A stretch of DNA of 64,000 nucleotides from Leptonemataceae bacterium (GCA_965227295.1 OZ245742.1:5874551-5938550); one strand, 5' to 3'; numbered from the stretch's first letter, positions 1 through 10,484 are shown. Notes: a model not told the origin generated them from the sequence alone. Program-made: numbers and translations.

Positions 1-480
1 CTTGCCGGACTCGTTGTCCATGTGCGCACGCATGCGATTCTTGATCATCTCGAGCGTGCCGGACTTGCGCGCAATCTGGAACGGATCGTCGTTGACCATC
101 TCCGCGCTTAAGTTGCGCAACTCGTCCAACACCGGGGCGGCAGAGCGCACATCTCCCGCGGCCAGCAGTTCTTCGGCCCGGTCCACGGTGTCCAGGTAAC
201 TCACGGTAAAACGATGCGGCTTGATGCCCTTAACATCGTCGTAAATGAGCAGCAGCGGGTCGTACTCGCCGTCATCGCCCCGGGCATGTAACTCCGGCGG
301 ACCGTAAGTTAAGTAGACATCCCGCATGGTGAGCCCGGTGAACGGAACGCGCATGAGGTAGGTGGCGTCGAAGAAGACGAGCAGCAGATTCACACCGAGG
401 ACGGTGCAGTACAGTATTTCATAAATGAGCGACGCAATGCGTGCGAGACCACGCGGACGGGGATCATCGAGACTCTTCAT
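1..480 (-). CDS. Conserved hypothetical membrane protein (partial, runs off the window start)
   Basis: Read manually: ATG at 480 gives MKSLDDPRPRGLARIASLIYEILYCTVLGVNLLLVFFDATYL...YDDVKGIKPHRFT. It has an N-terminal TM helix and is missing from the ORF track because its stop lies outside the window. Confidence 0.7.
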   Translation of the reverse strand, partial: MKSLDDPRPRGLARIASLIYEILYCTVLGVNLLLVFFDATYLMRVPFTGLTMRDVYLTYGPPELHARGDDGEYDPLLLIYDDVKGIKPHRFTVSYLDTVDRAEELLAAGDVRSAAPVLDELRNLSAEMVNDDPFQIARKSGTLEMIKNRMRAHMDNESGK

Positions 481-670
481 AAGCAAGGCCAGTTCCTGAT
501 TTTCGACGGAGGGTTTCATGCGAACATCGCGGGCGAAGGACGCGAACGCACCTTAGCGCCCCGGGGCATTCCGTCATGTAATTTTTGGCCGGCCCGCTCC
601 GCGACGTGTCTACAAACACTCCATTAACAATTCCGCATGACAGCACGGCCGCGCGGATCGATACGGACGC

Positions 671-1309
671 GTGCGAGGATTCTTTTGCGTCGTAGAGGGC
701 ATCGACGGCTCCGGTAAGAGCACGCTCATCGAAGGCCTGGACGTGCGCCTGCGTGAATTCGTGCAGGCCGGTAGCTTTACAGGCTGCGATCGTCTGCGCG
801 AACCCACGGACGGAACCTACGGCCGCCGCATTCGCGAGCATCTCCGCAACCGCGACGATCTCGCGCGCAAGGCCTGGCTCGAACTGTTCCTGCTCGATCG
901 CGCGGAAAACGTCGAAGCCAACATTCAACCGGCGTTGCGCGACGGCCGGTTCATCTTACAGGATCGCTACTTCTACTCCACCGCCGCTTACCAGGGATTT
1001 GTGAACGACTCGCCGACACCGGCGGACATCGTCGCCGTCAGCCTCGGTCGTGGTTTTCCGGAGCCGGACCTTGTACTGTATCTCGACCTCGCACCGGAGC
1101 TGGCCCTGGAACGCATCACCGGCAATCGCGCGAGCACTGAAAGCTTCGAAACGCACGAACAACTACAACGTATTCATGCGAACTACGCGAGCATACTGCC
1201 GAACGTCACAGTGAAGCTCGATGCTACACGGTCTCCGCAAGATGTTTGTGATCAGGCCTGTGCCGCGGTCCTTGCGGCGGTACAAAAACGCGCCCGCGCC
1301 GAATCTTAA
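671..1309 (+). CDS. tmk: Thymidylate (dTMP) kinase
   Basis: EGIDGSGKST P-loop, LREP and DRYFYSTAAYQG motifs. Confidence 0.95.
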   Translation: MRGFFCVVEGIDGSGKSTLIEGLDVRLREFVQAGSFTGCDRLREPTDGTYGRRIREHLRNRDDLARKAWLELFLLDRAENVEANIQPALRDGRFILQDRYFYSTAAYQGFVNDSPTPADIVAVSLGRGFPEPDLVLYLDLAPELALERITGNRASTESFETHEQLQRIHANYASILPNVTVKLDATRSPQDVCDQACAAVLAAVQKRARAES

Positions 1310-2403
1310 GGTACGATCGACGCTTCGCTGACTTCCACCGACCAGGCGCCATCGGATTGGTGTTCGAAGCGGATCGTACAATCCAGGAACTTCGCAATCA
1401 CGTCGGCGTTGGTCCGTGTATGCAGCGACAACTCCGTCGTCGTAAAACGGCCGCCGCCGCACAATGCCAGGGGCAGCAGCAGTTGATCGGCCAGGTGTTC
1501 ACCGACGGCGCCCGCGCCGTGTTCATAGTCCTGCGCCTCCTTCACCGCCGCCGCGGCCACGGCCTCCGCCGGGCGGCCCTTTTCGCCGATCACGGCGAAG
1601 ACTTCGGTCACGCGCGCGTACTCAACGTCCAGCAACACCACGTTCCCCGGTCCGGCGCAGTCTTTCAGGTGACGTACCACCACATGCTCCGGCCCGGCCC
1701 CGAACTCCTGCCAGGCCTTTGCGATGGTTCCGGCCTCGCGTTCGGCCACGTGCGTCGGCAATCGCGACGAGAGCACCGTCGCCCGGCGTCCCCGCAGCGG
1801 CCCTCGCTCCACTAAGGCAAACTTGCTGACTTCTTGCGAGATGTGATTATCACACGGCGCAATCCGCGCCCGCAGCCTGCCCCCGCCGGCCGGATAAAAG
1901 CCGTGCCGCCCCAGCTCGATTCCCACCGTCCCGTCGCGACCACCGGCAATGGTATTCAGCAACGGCAGAAAAGATCGTTCCAGAAAATCGAACGAGGGCG
2001 CCAGGGGATTGTGCGTGCCACCGCGAATGTCCACCCGGAACGGCGGGCCCGCGCCCCGGCCGAACAACAGCGGCGGCAGCACCGTCTGCAAGACCAGCGC
2101 CGCACTGCCCGCGGTGCCGATGTCGAACTGAAACTCGCGCCGGTGTACGTCCTGGACACCGGGCCTGAACTCCAGGGTCATCGAAGAAATCGCGTCGCCG
2201 CTCAGGGTTCCGCCGCCCACGACAGCGGCGGCGCGTACCGCGGCGAGATGTTGCGGACGCAACCCGGGCTTCGATCGCCGGGCACGCACGTTTTCGATGC
2301 GCACCGGGCGCCCGCTTAAAATTGAAAGTGCCAGGGAAGAACGGAGGATTTGCCCTCCACCTTCCCCCTCACTGCCGTCGATAATGATCATAGAACTTTG
2401 CAC
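1306..2403 (-). CDS. rtcA: RNA 3'-terminal phosphate cyclase
   Basis: IDGSEGEGGGQILRSSL, KPGLRPQH, GFYPAGGG, HLADQL motifs; true start may be a few codons in (MIIIDGS). Confidence 0.95.
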   Translation of the reverse strand: MQSSMIIIDGSEGEGGGQILRSSLALSILSGRPVRIENVRARRSKPGLRPQHLAAVRAAAVVGGGTLSGDAISSMTLEFRPGVQDVHRREFQFDIGTAGSAALVLQTVLPPLLFGRGAGPPFRVDIRGGTHNPLAPSFDFLERSFLPLLNTIAGGRDGTVGIELGRHGFYPAGGGRLRARIAPCDNHISQEVSKFALVERGPLRGRRATVLSSRLPTHVAEREAGTIAKAWQEFGAGPEHVVVRHLKDCAGPGNVVLLDVEYARVTEVFAVIGEKGRPAEAVAAAAVKEAQDYEHGAGAVGEHLADQLLLPLALCGGGRFTTTELSLHTRTNADVIAKFLDCTIRFEHQSDGAWSVEVSEASIVP

Positions 2404-2512
2404 CGGTCCTGCACGGGTTTCACACCACGTTCACCAGGCTGTCACATATTTTTAACTTTGTCCGGGCACCTTTCGCCAACACTGGAGATTGCGCAAGCCT
2501 GCGCGTGCACCT

Positions 2513-3193
2513 ATGATCGTTTACGCCCACCGCGGCGACAACCGCCACTTCCAGGAAAACACGAAGGCCGCCTTCGATAGCTCGGTGGCCCGCGGCTTCC
2601 GCGCCCTGGAACTGGACCTGCGCCGCCTCGGCGACGATTCGGTGGTCGTCTTTCATGACGCCGACTTCCTGCGCATGGCCGGCCTCGACCGGGATCTCGA
2701 GGAACTGGATCTCGCCACTGCCCGGGAACATTTGCCCGAACTGCTGAGCGCTTACGAATTCATCGCGATGTACGGCCGCACGGACGATCTCAGCATCAAC
2801 TTCGAAATCAAGGACGATCTGCACACGCTGGATCTCGTCGAGCCGTTCCTGCGCCTCTGCCCAGGAGCGGTGGTCTCCTCGTTCCGGCACGAGATCGTGG
2901 ACGCCGCCCTGGATCGCGGCTTCGACGCCGCCTACCTGGTGGAAACGGAACAGGTACTCTTCGACGGCCTGCGCCGATTCCGCGGTGACCGCGTCCACGT
3001 TTCCACTCAGCTCATCCCGATCATCGCGGAGCAGCCCTCACGCTTTCTCTATCACGATCTTTACGTGTACACCATCAATGCAGCGGAGATGGCGGCCCAA
3101 CTCTTTGAGCACGCCTTCTTCCGCGGCTTCTTTACGGACAATCCGGAACTGCTGAGCTTCGATACCGGCGTCTCCCTGGAACGCGCGTCGTAA
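2513..3193 (+). CDS. Glycerophosphodiester phosphodiesterase family protein
   Basis: AHRG, ENT, ELDL, VVFHD, NFEIK motifs; ATG at 2513. Confidence 0.88.
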   Translation: MIVYAHRGDNRHFQENTKAAFDSSVARGFRALELDLRRLGDDSVVVFHDADFLRMAGLDRDLEELDLATAREHLPELLSAYEFIAMYGRTDDLSINFEIKDDLHTLDLVEPFLRLCPGAVVSSFRHEIVDAALDRGFDAAYLVETEQVLFDGLRRFRGDRVHVSTQLIPIIAEQPSRFLYHDLYVYTINAAEMAAQLFEHAFFRGFFTDNPELLSFDTGVSLERAS

Positions 3194-3204
3194 ACATTGC
3201 ATGA

Positions 3205-4548
3205 CTAACTGTTTGCGAAGACTTCCGTAAGGAACGTCTTCACAAACTGCGCCGCCCCGCCCTCTCGGGCCTTGAGGTACTCTTCCGCCCGACGACCGGC
3301 CTGGCGCCGCGTTTCGTCGTCACTCATCCAGGCCCGGGCCGTGTCGCGAATCTGCGCGCCGTGCTCACAGCGCACCAGGCAGCCCTCGCTTTCCAGTTCC
3401 AGCGCCACCGGCGACGTATCGATGCGCGGGCCGGTAATGACCGGACGCGCGAGAGCCGCGGGCTCCGCCGTGTTGTGAATGCGATGATGAAAACCTCCGC
3501 CGACGTAACAAAAGTCCGCGTTGCGATAGGCCAGGGCCAGAATGCCCATGCGGTCCACCAGGACCAGGCGTTCTTTGCCGAGATCGTCCCCGGCCCGGGT
3601 AAAACGCGCGCAGGACAGGCCGACTCCGGCGAGGCCGTCTTCGACTTCGCGCAGGCGTCCCTCGTCGATCTTATGCGGAAAGATCAGCACCTGCCAGCGC
3701 GGAAACTCATCCAGCAGCGCGGGCAGCGCCGGGAAGATCTCCGCGTCGTCCGCCGCGTAGGTGGATGCGAGGATCCACACCGGATTGCGCAGCCGGCGAA
3801 TGCGCGCCAGCAGGCGTTTGTCGTCGGAGCCCGGTGAGCCGTGGCGAATGCGAAAGAGGATGGTATCGTAGCGGGTGTCCCCGGTAACCTGCACACGCTC
3901 GGGCCGGCTTACGAGTCTACGAAACGTGTCGCGGTTCTCGTCGTTCACGACGCCGATGCCGGTGAAGCGATCGTAAGTTGGTCCCCACAAACTTTTAGCG
4001 AAGGTACGTGTGCGCCAGGAGTCCGCGGCAAGGGCCGCGCTGCACAGAAAGCGCGGTACATTTTCTCGTTCCATGCGATACAGCAAATTCGGAAAGACAT
4101 CCCAGGTCATGGTGGCGAAGGCGCGCACCCGGGCCAGGCGCACCACGTCGGTCCAGTTCCAGAACAAATCCAGCGGCAAATAAAACATGAGATCGACGCC
4201 GGGCAGACGACGCAGGCGCACGCTCAAGCTGAACACGCTGATGATGATGCGCTGGTTCGGATAACGCACGCGGATTTCCCGGGCGAGGGCCAGGGCCTGG
4301 TCCAGCTCCCCGGCGGAGGAACCGTGCAGCCAGATGACACCGTTGTCGTGGTTGCTGCGATGCAGGCGGGCATAGTCCCGGAGCAAACGATAGCCCTCGC
4401 GGCGCGAACGCATGAAGAGGCGCAACTTCGGATGAAGCCTGCCGAAGGTCTGGTACACCGGCCAGAGTAACAACAGCAGGATATTATAAAAGAAGAGCGC
4501 CATGAGACGGAGATCCGACAATGTCCTCGCCGGAGCGCGGAGAGTCAT
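3205..4548 (-). CDS. waaA: 3-deoxy-D-manno-octulosonic acid (Kdo) transferase
   Basis: IWLHGSSAGE, YLPLD, VTGDTRYD, VGGGF..HNTAEPA motifs; start uncertain (4548 or 4503). Confidence 0.88.
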   Translation of the reverse strand: MTLRAPARTLSDLRLMALFFYNILLLLLWPVYQTFGRLHPKLRLFMRSRREGYRLLRDYARLHRSNHDNGVIWLHGSSAGELDQALALAREIRVRYPNQRIIISVFSLSVRLRRLPGVDLMFYLPLDLFWNWTDVVRLARVRAFATMTWDVFPNLLYRMERENVPRFLCSAALAADSWRTRTFAKSLWGPTYDRFTGIGVVNDENRDTFRRLVSRPERVQVTGDTRYDTILFRIRHGSPGSDDKRLLARIRRLRNPVWILASTYAADDAEIFPALPALLDEFPRWQVLIFPHKIDEGRLREVEDGLAGVGLSCARFTRAGDDLGKERLVLVDRMGILALAYRNADFCYVGGGFHHRIHNTAEPAALARPVITGPRIDTSPVALELESEGCLVRCEHGAQIRDTARAWMSDDETRRQAGRRAEEYLKAREGGAAQFVKTFLTEVFANS

Positions 4549-4577
4549 CCGAAAACCAGGCAGTCGGGACTACACAA

Positions 4578-5219
4578 ATGAAAGTCATACTCTTCGACAT
4601 GATGCAAACGCTGATCCATGAGCCGTACTTTGCGGCCATCGGTCGGTTGCTGCCGGCGGATCTGGACGCGAAAACCTACTTTCACTGGCGCGACAAAGAA
4701 TCCTTCATCCGCTTCGAGCGCGGTGAGATCGCCGAACACGAACACCTGCAGCAATTCTATCTACCCGATACACCGGCGGACTTGCTCGAGCGCTTTCCCC
4801 GGCCGGAGAAAGTCCGCAAAGCTCTCTTCCAGCAGCTCCGCTACATCGAGGGCATTCCCGAACTCCTGGCCGAACTCCAGCGCCGGGACGACGTGCGCAC
4901 GGGCATCGCTTCGAATTACGCGGAGTGGTACACGGAAATCCTGAAGCGCCTCCCGCGCATTCACGAGGGCATGGACTATCTCTTTTTTTCGTGTGAGATG
5001 GGCGTGCGTAAACCCGACGCGTCTTACTATGAGTTGATCGAAACCGCGCTTCGCAAGGGGCTGCCGCAGTTGAAGGCGTCCGAGATCTTCTTCACGGACG
5101 ACCGGCAGATCAACCTGGACGCGGCGCAGGAACGTGGCTGGGCGACGTTCCGGATGCAGGACGATGCGGCAGCGCTACAATCTGCAATCCGGAGATTTCT
5201 GAAGGAGCCGGCGTCTTAG
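4578..5219 (+). CDS. HAD-superfamily hydrolase
   Basis: ILFD motif I, SCEMGVRKPD, FFTDD..NL. Confidence 0.85.
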   Translation: MKVILFDMMQTLIHEPYFAAIGRLLPADLDAKTYFHWRDKESFIRFERGEIAEHEHLQQFYLPDTPADLLERFPRPEKVRKALFQQLRYIEGIPELLAELQRRDDVRTGIASNYAEWYTEILKRLPRIHEGMDYLFFSCEMGVRKPDASYYELIETALRKGLPQLKASEIFFTDDRQINLDAAQERGWATFRMQDDAAALQSAIRRFLKEPAS

Positions 5220-5974
5220 CCGTTGCGGAGCTGCCCTTCCAGTTCGCGGATGCGGAATTCCGCGCGCCGACGGGCCGCGCGTTCTTCGTCGTAGTCCGCA
5301 AAGGCCTCGCCTCCGTACCGGATTTCGATTTTCCGGCCGGCGGACCAGCCGGAGCGCGGCAGCACGCGCATGGCCAGGCCCGGCAACACGATGCTTTCGA
5401 TCCAGCCGTTTGGCCCCGGCTCCCGTTCCAGGTAGGCGCCGTGGACCTGCTCTCCCGGAACCAGGCTGTACCATTGCAACGAACGCTCGTCGCTGAGCTC
5501 CGGAAAGTACAGCAGGAACTCGGGAACACCGTGGCGTTCGTGAAGTTCTTTCATGAATACCGTGTCTTTCTCTTCTTTGCGGCGATCGTGGATGCTCACG
5601 ACCTCCAGGGCCAGCAAGAGATCGTTGGCCGTAACGCTGGCGGGTTCGTCGGTCCAGGCGAGGGCTACATCCGGAGCGAAGACCTTGCGATCCAGAGAAC
5701 CTCCGGCACCGGCATACCAGACCGGATGATCCGTAAAGAAGCTCAGTCCCTGCGCTCCCGCAATCGAAGAGAACGCGTTCGAGAGGAAACGAACGGCGTC
5801 GTTGTGAGCTCCGCGGTTCACGAAACCCAGTTCCTCATCGAAGTACGGGATGCCGGAACCGAAGTCCCGGTGCTCCGCATGCGAGATAGGCTGTGTGCGG
5901 TACTGACGAAAGAGCGTTTGATTCAACACGAGCGGCCTCCGGGGCGCGTGCGGGAACGCTTCTGCGCTTTGCAT
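5216..5974 (-). CDS. Uma2-like (DUF820) restriction-endonuclease-fold protein
   Basis: APDV, LALEVVS...EKD, GVPEFLLY motifs and a C-terminal coiled-coil tail; AGGAGG RBS before ATG 5974. Confidence 0.8.
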   Translation of the reverse strand: MQSAEAFPHAPRRPLVLNQTLFRQYRTQPISHAEHRDFGSGIPYFDEELGFVNRGAHNDAVRFLSNAFSSIAGAQGLSFFTDHPVWYAGAGGSLDRKVFAPDVALAWTDEPASVTANDLLLALEVVSIHDRRKEEKDTVFMKELHERHGVPEFLLYFPELSDERSLQWYSLVPGEQVHGAYLEREPGPNGWIESIVLPGLAMRVLPRSGWSAGRKIEIRYGGEAFADYDEERAARRRAEFRIRELEGQLRNG

Positions 5975-6305
5975 GGTTTCCACCTCCTGAATTGGGAAAG
6001 AGCAAGCATTGGAGTAGCATGCTCGTGGAGGTAGACCCGCACGCGGATCGTTCCGCACGATTTTCCAAAAATCGAGAGAAAATTCAGAATTTCGCCAAAT
6101 CGCCCGGATGGATGGGGGATTTCAGGCTCCGGTGTCCTCGCTCAGGGGGACGGCAGCTCTTCCGGATCTACGCGAGTACGAAAAAAAACCCCGGGGGGGA
6201 ATCCGGGGTTACAGAAGAGTGTTCATGCGAAAAGCGTCTTACGCGGACCGGCCAGGCCGATCCAGACGCAGACACAAGAATTCGCCCCTGTTTGAAAGTG
6301 TCAAT

Positions 6306-7655
6306 TCAGAAATCCGCCGATTGCGCAGATTTTTCCCGGGCCAGCTCCAGATAGAACTCCGCCGGGGGGGCCGAGGCCTCTCCGCCGTTCGCAATCAGGT
6401 GCCGCGCCCAGCGCCGCTCGGCATACTCGCAAACATCCTGGATGCTCCGCCCGGACAGCCCGTCGGAAGATCGCGCCAGGGCCTCTAAATCTTCCCGTTC
6501 CAGGTGCCGGGCGTAGCGACGGAAAATGGAAGCCCGCTCGCTCGCATTCGGCAGGGGAAAGCTGATGATGGTATCGAAACGGGACAGCAGCGCCCGGTCC
6601 AGGTCCTGGGCCCGGTTGGTGGCGCCGATGGTCAGGATGCCCTCGTGACTGTCCAGGCCGTCGATTTTACGGAGCAGCACCGAGAGGATGCGCCGCGTGG
6701 CCTCGAAGAGGCCGCCCTCCCGGGAGCCGGCCAGGGAATCGATCTCATCGAGGAACAGAATCGCGCGATCGTAACGGGCGGAGATGTCGAAGATCTGCGC
6801 CATGTTCTGGGCCGACTCGCCGTAGTACTTGCTGACGATGTTTTCCACCGGGACGTAGACCATGGGAATGCCCGTCTCGGACGCGATGATGCGGGCCATG
6901 CTGGTCTTGCCGACCCCCGGCGGGCCCTCAAACAGGACCGCTCGCGGGACAGTCCCCTGGCTGGTGCCCCGGGCCAGCTTTGCCACGTCGGCGTAGACGC
7001 CGGGATGTTTCAACGGGAGAATCACACTCTCGAGGACTTCCTGCTTGGTCTTTTTGTATCCGGCGAAGCCGTGTTTCTTTACAAAACCGGCCTTTTTTGC
7101 GTCGGCGTCTTCCTCGGCCGCCTCGCTGGCCGGGGCCTCCTCCTCGCTGCGGTAGACCTGCACGCCGATTTCGGCGAGCTTGCGCGTGGGATCGTCCGTG
7201 ACGGCCCGGGGGTGGAAGAGCTTGAACAGGCTGATCTGGGCCTGGAGTTCGTCCTGGGTAAGATTGCCCTTGCGGCTCACCTCGATGCGATGACTCGTGG
7301 AAATGGAGATGAACTTGAACTTGATGCCCTCGGTGATCTTGCCGCTGAAGGGATTGCCGGCGTCCTGGAAGATGACGTAGCCGGGCTCCAGGGTATGCAC
7401 CCGGATGTGATCGACGTGATTCTTGATGAGATTCAGAGCATCGAAGACGCGTTCTTTGTCGATGTGGGCCACGGGGAACGTGAATTTCGTTTCCCCGCGT
7501 TCGAAGACGAAGTTCGGCACCTCACTGAGGCCGCCGCCGACGGCGCTGAGATGCGACTCCACCTCGGCCTCCAACTGGGCCCGGGCCCGGGGGAATTCCA
7601 GTTCTCCGGAGCGGGCGGTGTCGCTGTCGTTCGTCATAAGCGTTGCTGCGGTCAT
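6306..7655 (-). CDS. AAA+ ATPase
   Basis: GPPGVGKT Walker A, LFLDEID Walker B, GATNRAQDLDRALLSRFD SRH; start set at 7655 to avoid overlap with the divergent gene. Confidence 0.9.
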   Translation of the reverse strand: MTAATLMTNDSDTARSGELEFPRARAQLEAEVESHLSAVGGGLSEVPNFVFERGETKFTFPVAHIDKERVFDALNLIKNHVDHIRVHTLEPGYVIFQDAGNPFSGKITEGIKFKFISISTSHRIEVSRKGNLTQDELQAQISLFKLFHPRAVTDDPTRKLAEIGVQVYRSEEEAPASEAAEEDADAKKAGFVKKHGFAGYKKTKQEVLESVILPLKHPGVYADVAKLARGTSQGTVPRAVLFEGPPGVGKTSMARIIASETGIPMVYVPVENIVSKYYGESAQNMAQIFDISARYDRAILFLDEIDSLAGSREGGLFEATRRILSVLLRKIDGLDSHEGILTIGATNRAQDLDRALLSRFDTIISFPLPNASERASIFRRYARHLEREDLEALARSSDGLSGRSIQDVCEYAERRWARHLIANGGEASAPPAEFYLELAREKSAQSADF

Positions 7656-7773
7656 ACTATCTCTTTCGGCGCGGTTGAAAAATGAATTTGCCCGTTTTTT
7701 TCGTTCGAAGAGCCTGTCCGGATGGCCGCGGCGCCCCCGCGCCCGGCCCGGATACACTCCGTAGATCTCACGC

Positions 7774-8307
7774 ATGAGCGCGAAATGGAAGGCACCCCTG
7801 GGCTCCGGCCCCTCCCCGGCCCGTCCGTACCTGCTGGCGGCCTTCGACGACGCCGACGCGTTCTTGAGCCTGCGCAAGGACGTGGAGAAGCGCTTCGGCC
7901 AGGCCGACTACGAAAGCGAGGCCGTCTCCGGCGATACCCGGGAATCCCTCTACGGCTTCCTGCCCCGGCGCATGGTCCGTGTGCTGAGCTTCCAGCGCCC
8001 GGTCTCCCGGGAGGAGTTGGTCGACATCCGCCAGAGCTGCATCGCCATCGAGACGAAACACCAGGTGCACGGCCGGCCGATTGTGGAACTGGACCCGGGC
8101 TATGTGAGCGAGTTCACCGTGGTTCGCACGTCGCTGGCCGAGGACTTTCACCGGATCTATCTCTACGGCGGCGTATTCGCCGAAACGCTCTTCTTCTTTG
8201 AACGTCTGTCGTTCCGCCCGCAAATCCACACGCCGCAGTTCTTCCGGAAAAAAGAAGTGGTCTCCGTCTTCAACGACCTGCGTTTGATTCACATGGCGGA
8301 CGGATAA
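7774..8307 (+). CDS. DUF4416-like protein
   Basis: R.V.LDPGYV and DF.HRIYL.GGVFAE pattern recalled for DUF4416. Confidence 0.7.
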   Translation: MSAKWKAPLGSGPSPARPYLLAAFDDADAFLSLRKDVEKRFGQADYESEAVSGDTRESLYGFLPRRMVRVLSFQRPVSREELVDIRQSCIAIETKHQVHGRPIVELDPGYVSEFTVVRTSLAEDFHRIYLYGGVFAETLFFFERLSFRPQIHTPQFFRKKEVVSVFNDLRLIHMADG

Positions 8308-8314
8308 GATTTTG

Positions 8315-8331
8315 ACTCCGAGGACCGAGGT
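8315..8331 (+). repeat. Single arm ACTCCGAGGACCGAGGT of a REP/MITE-like repeat
   Basis: Identical to 9753-9769; both are followed by similar sequence (CCGAG..GAAGAC.AGT). Confidence 0.75.
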
Positions 8332-8337
8332 ACCGAG

Positions 8338-9027
8338 ATGAAGACAAGTCTTGAGGGGGTAGCGGAGGACCGGGAGCGCGAGTCAGCGCTGCCCGGAGGG
8401 TGGCGCGGTCGCCGCAGGCGAGACTCGCGCGTTCGCGCAGCGACCCGGGCCGGAGCGAGGGGGAGCGTAGCTCCCCCCTTAAAATATGTTTTACTCTTCT
8501 TTCTTCTTCTCGGAACGGCGCATTGCCACTGGTTTGTGCCGCTCGAAATCGAAGCGGTGTCATTTTGTGATCTGTACGAAGAGAACGGTTGCGTGGAACC
8601 CTGGAACGGAACGCGGCGGACTTACTCGCCTGAGATCCCGGAGTACAAGCAGGATTCGTGGTACGATCTCGGCTATCACATGTACTTTCACACACGCGAG
8701 ACGCCGGGCGTGCGTGTGAAATTCAATCGCGGCCTCAGTTCCGGCGAAATCGCCGGTCTGGAAAAAAACCTGCACTGCGAGTACGAACTGGAACGCGATG
8801 GCAAGATCGTAAGCGGGCACCTGGAAGGCACGCGGGTGGACGCCGACGGCATCTGGTGCTTCGATTACCTCGGCACCATGCTCGTGAACTGGCACAAAGA
8901 GAACGGCTCGGAACAACAGCGGCCGTCCGCGGACTTTTTTCCGGTGCAGTTACGCCTGTTTTTCGCCGCGGGGCAGCCGGCCATCGACGGTGAGATCGAA
9001 GGCGCGGTAGTCGTGAATTTCGAGTAG
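8338..9027 (+). CDS. Hypothetical exported protein or lipoprotein; true start probably near 8470
   Basis: Hydrophobic stretch followed by Cys (KYVLLFFLLLGTAHC); the first ~45 codons overlap a GC-rich repeat. Confidence 0.6.
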   Translation: MKTSLEGVAEDRERESALPGGWRGRRRRDSRVRAATRAGARGSVAPPLKYVLLFFLLLGTAHCHWFVPLEIEAVSFCDLYEENGCVEPWNGTRRTYSPEIPEYKQDSWYDLGYHMYFHTRETPGVRVKFNRGLSSGEIAGLEKNLHCEYELERDGKIVSGHLEGTRVDADGIWCFDYLGTMLVNWHKENGSEQQRPSADFFPVQLRLFFAAGQPAIDGEIEGAVVVNFE

Positions 9028-9118
9028 CCGGCCGCCGCGAAGCGCGATTCGACGCGGTGATTCTGAAAAAAAACAGTTTCATTCACGGCCGGAGCGTTTA
9101 TCCTGGCGGCAAGCGCCG

Positions 9119-9742
9119 ATGTTGCCGGATAATCTACTCGAAGTTACTATCTCCGACGTATCGATCACGAATGTGGGCTTTGCCATCTTCCTGAAGCCCT
9201 CCGATTCGACGTCCAGCAAAGTCGTACCCATCTTCATCGGGCCGCTCGAAACCTACTCCATCTCCAGCGCCCTGGACGGTGTCACCCCGCCGCGGCCGAA
9301 CACCCACGACCTCATCGTAAACATGTTACAGGAGATGGAGGCGCGCATCCTGCACATCATCATCAACGACATCATCGGCTCCATCTTCTACGCGCGCATC
9401 GTTATTCAAACGAACGAAGGCATCGTGGAACTGGACGCGCGGCCGTCGGACTCGGTGGCGGTGGCCATTCGCACGCGCTGCCCCATGTACATGCACGAAA
9501 AGGTCTACAAAGAAGCCGCCGTGGTCATCGGGGAAGAGGGTTCCGCCCAGGCCGCTCCGGAAAACGAAAGCGAAGAGGAAGAGGTCGCCGAGGCCCCGCC
9601 GCAACAGGACCTGCTGCTTTCCGAACCCCGCTCCGAACTGGAAGAACTCAAACAAGAGTTAAACAAGGCCGTCGAGGCCGAGAACTTCGAACGCGCGGCC
9701 ATGCTGCGGGATAAGATCAAGCAAATCCTTCAGGAAAACTGA
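9119..9742 (+). CDS. Bifunctional nuclease (DUF151) with C-terminal UVR domain
   Basis: PIFIG, PRPNTHDL, LDARPSD; AVEAENFERAAMLRDKI. Confidence 0.9.
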   Translation: MLPDNLLEVTISDVSITNVGFAIFLKPSDSTSSKVVPIFIGPLETYSISSALDGVTPPRPNTHDLIVNMLQEMEARILHIIINDIIGSIFYARIVIQTNEGIVELDARPSDSVAVAIRTRCPMYMHEKVYKEAAVVIGEEGSAQAAPENESEEEEVAEAPPQQDLLLSEPRSELEELKQELNKAVEAENFERAAMLRDKIKQILQEN

Positions 9743-9752
9743 AGAGTTTTTA

Positions 9753-9882
9753 ACTCCGAGGACCGAGGTGCCGAGGAGAAGACGAGTTTGCTTTTCATCG
9801 GCGCATGAATGCAGGCGTAGCCGGAAAGCATTCTAACACGAAGACCCTTCCGAAAAAACCTCGCTACCTCGGTCCTCGGAGT
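9753..9882. repeat. 130-bp element with perfect 17-bp inverted repeats between convergent genes
   Basis: ACTCCGAGGACCGAGGT (9753-9769) and ACCTCGGTCCTCGGAGT (9866-9882). Confidence 0.8.
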
Positions 9883-9893
9883 AACACTTCTTC

Positions 9894-10484
9894 TCAAGCA
9901 TCTCCTTTCGCCCGCGACGTCCACTTGATGTCTTCCACACCCTCCACATGGTTGCAGTACCGCGCTGCAACGAAGAGATAATCCGACAATCGATTGATGT
10001 ACTGTAACGCCGTCGCGCTGACGATGTCGGTGCCCGTGGCGTCTTTGTTGCCGTGTGCGTCCATGACCTCCACGCAGCGACGTTCCAGGCGCCGGCAGAT
10101 GGTGCGGCAAACGTGCAGATGCGCCGAGGCGCCGGTGCCGCCGGGCAGGATGAACGCCTTCATGGGTTCCAGTTCGTCGTTCATGCGATCCATGGCGGCC
10201 TCGAGCGCCGTGACGTCTTCGTCGCGAATGACCGGAACGCCGTCGGGTTTGTAGCCGGCAAGTTCGCTGCCGAGTTCGAACAGCAGGTTCTGCTGGGTTA
10301 TGAGTTCTCCGCGCAACTGCGCGTAGGCCGAGCCGCCGGTGGCGGTGAGCGCCACGCCGATGTATGAGTTCAGTTCGTCGGCGATGCCGTAGAGGTCCAC
10401 CCGGGGATGATGTTTCGCCACCCGGGAGTCGCCGACGAGGATGTGCGTTTTGCCGTCGTCGCCTTTCTTCGTGTAGATCTTCAT
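9894..10484 (-). CDS. PduO-type cob(I)alamin adenosyltransferase
   Basis: MKIYTKKGDDGKT, YG..DELNS, FILPGG, CRRLER, YINRLSDYLF. Confidence 0.93.
   Translation of the reverse strand: MKIYTKKGDDGKTHILVGDSRVAKHHPRVDLYGIADELNSYIGVALTATGGSAYAQLRGELITQQNLLFELGSELAGYKPDGVPVIRDEDVTALEAAMDRMNDELEPMKAFILPGGTGASAHLHVCRTICRRLERRCVEVMDAHGNKDATGTDIVSATALQYINRLSDYLFVAARYCNHVEGVEDIKWTSRAKGDA

Noticed and set aside
1306..2403. rtcA as part of an RNA-repair or defence locus
   Set aside because: No rtcB or rtcR nearby; the neighbours are housekeeping genes.
6504..7685. Long antisense ORFs opposite real genes (also 30394-31218, 35660-36475 and 16536-17252)
   Set aside because: Shadow ORFs expected from high-GC codon bias.
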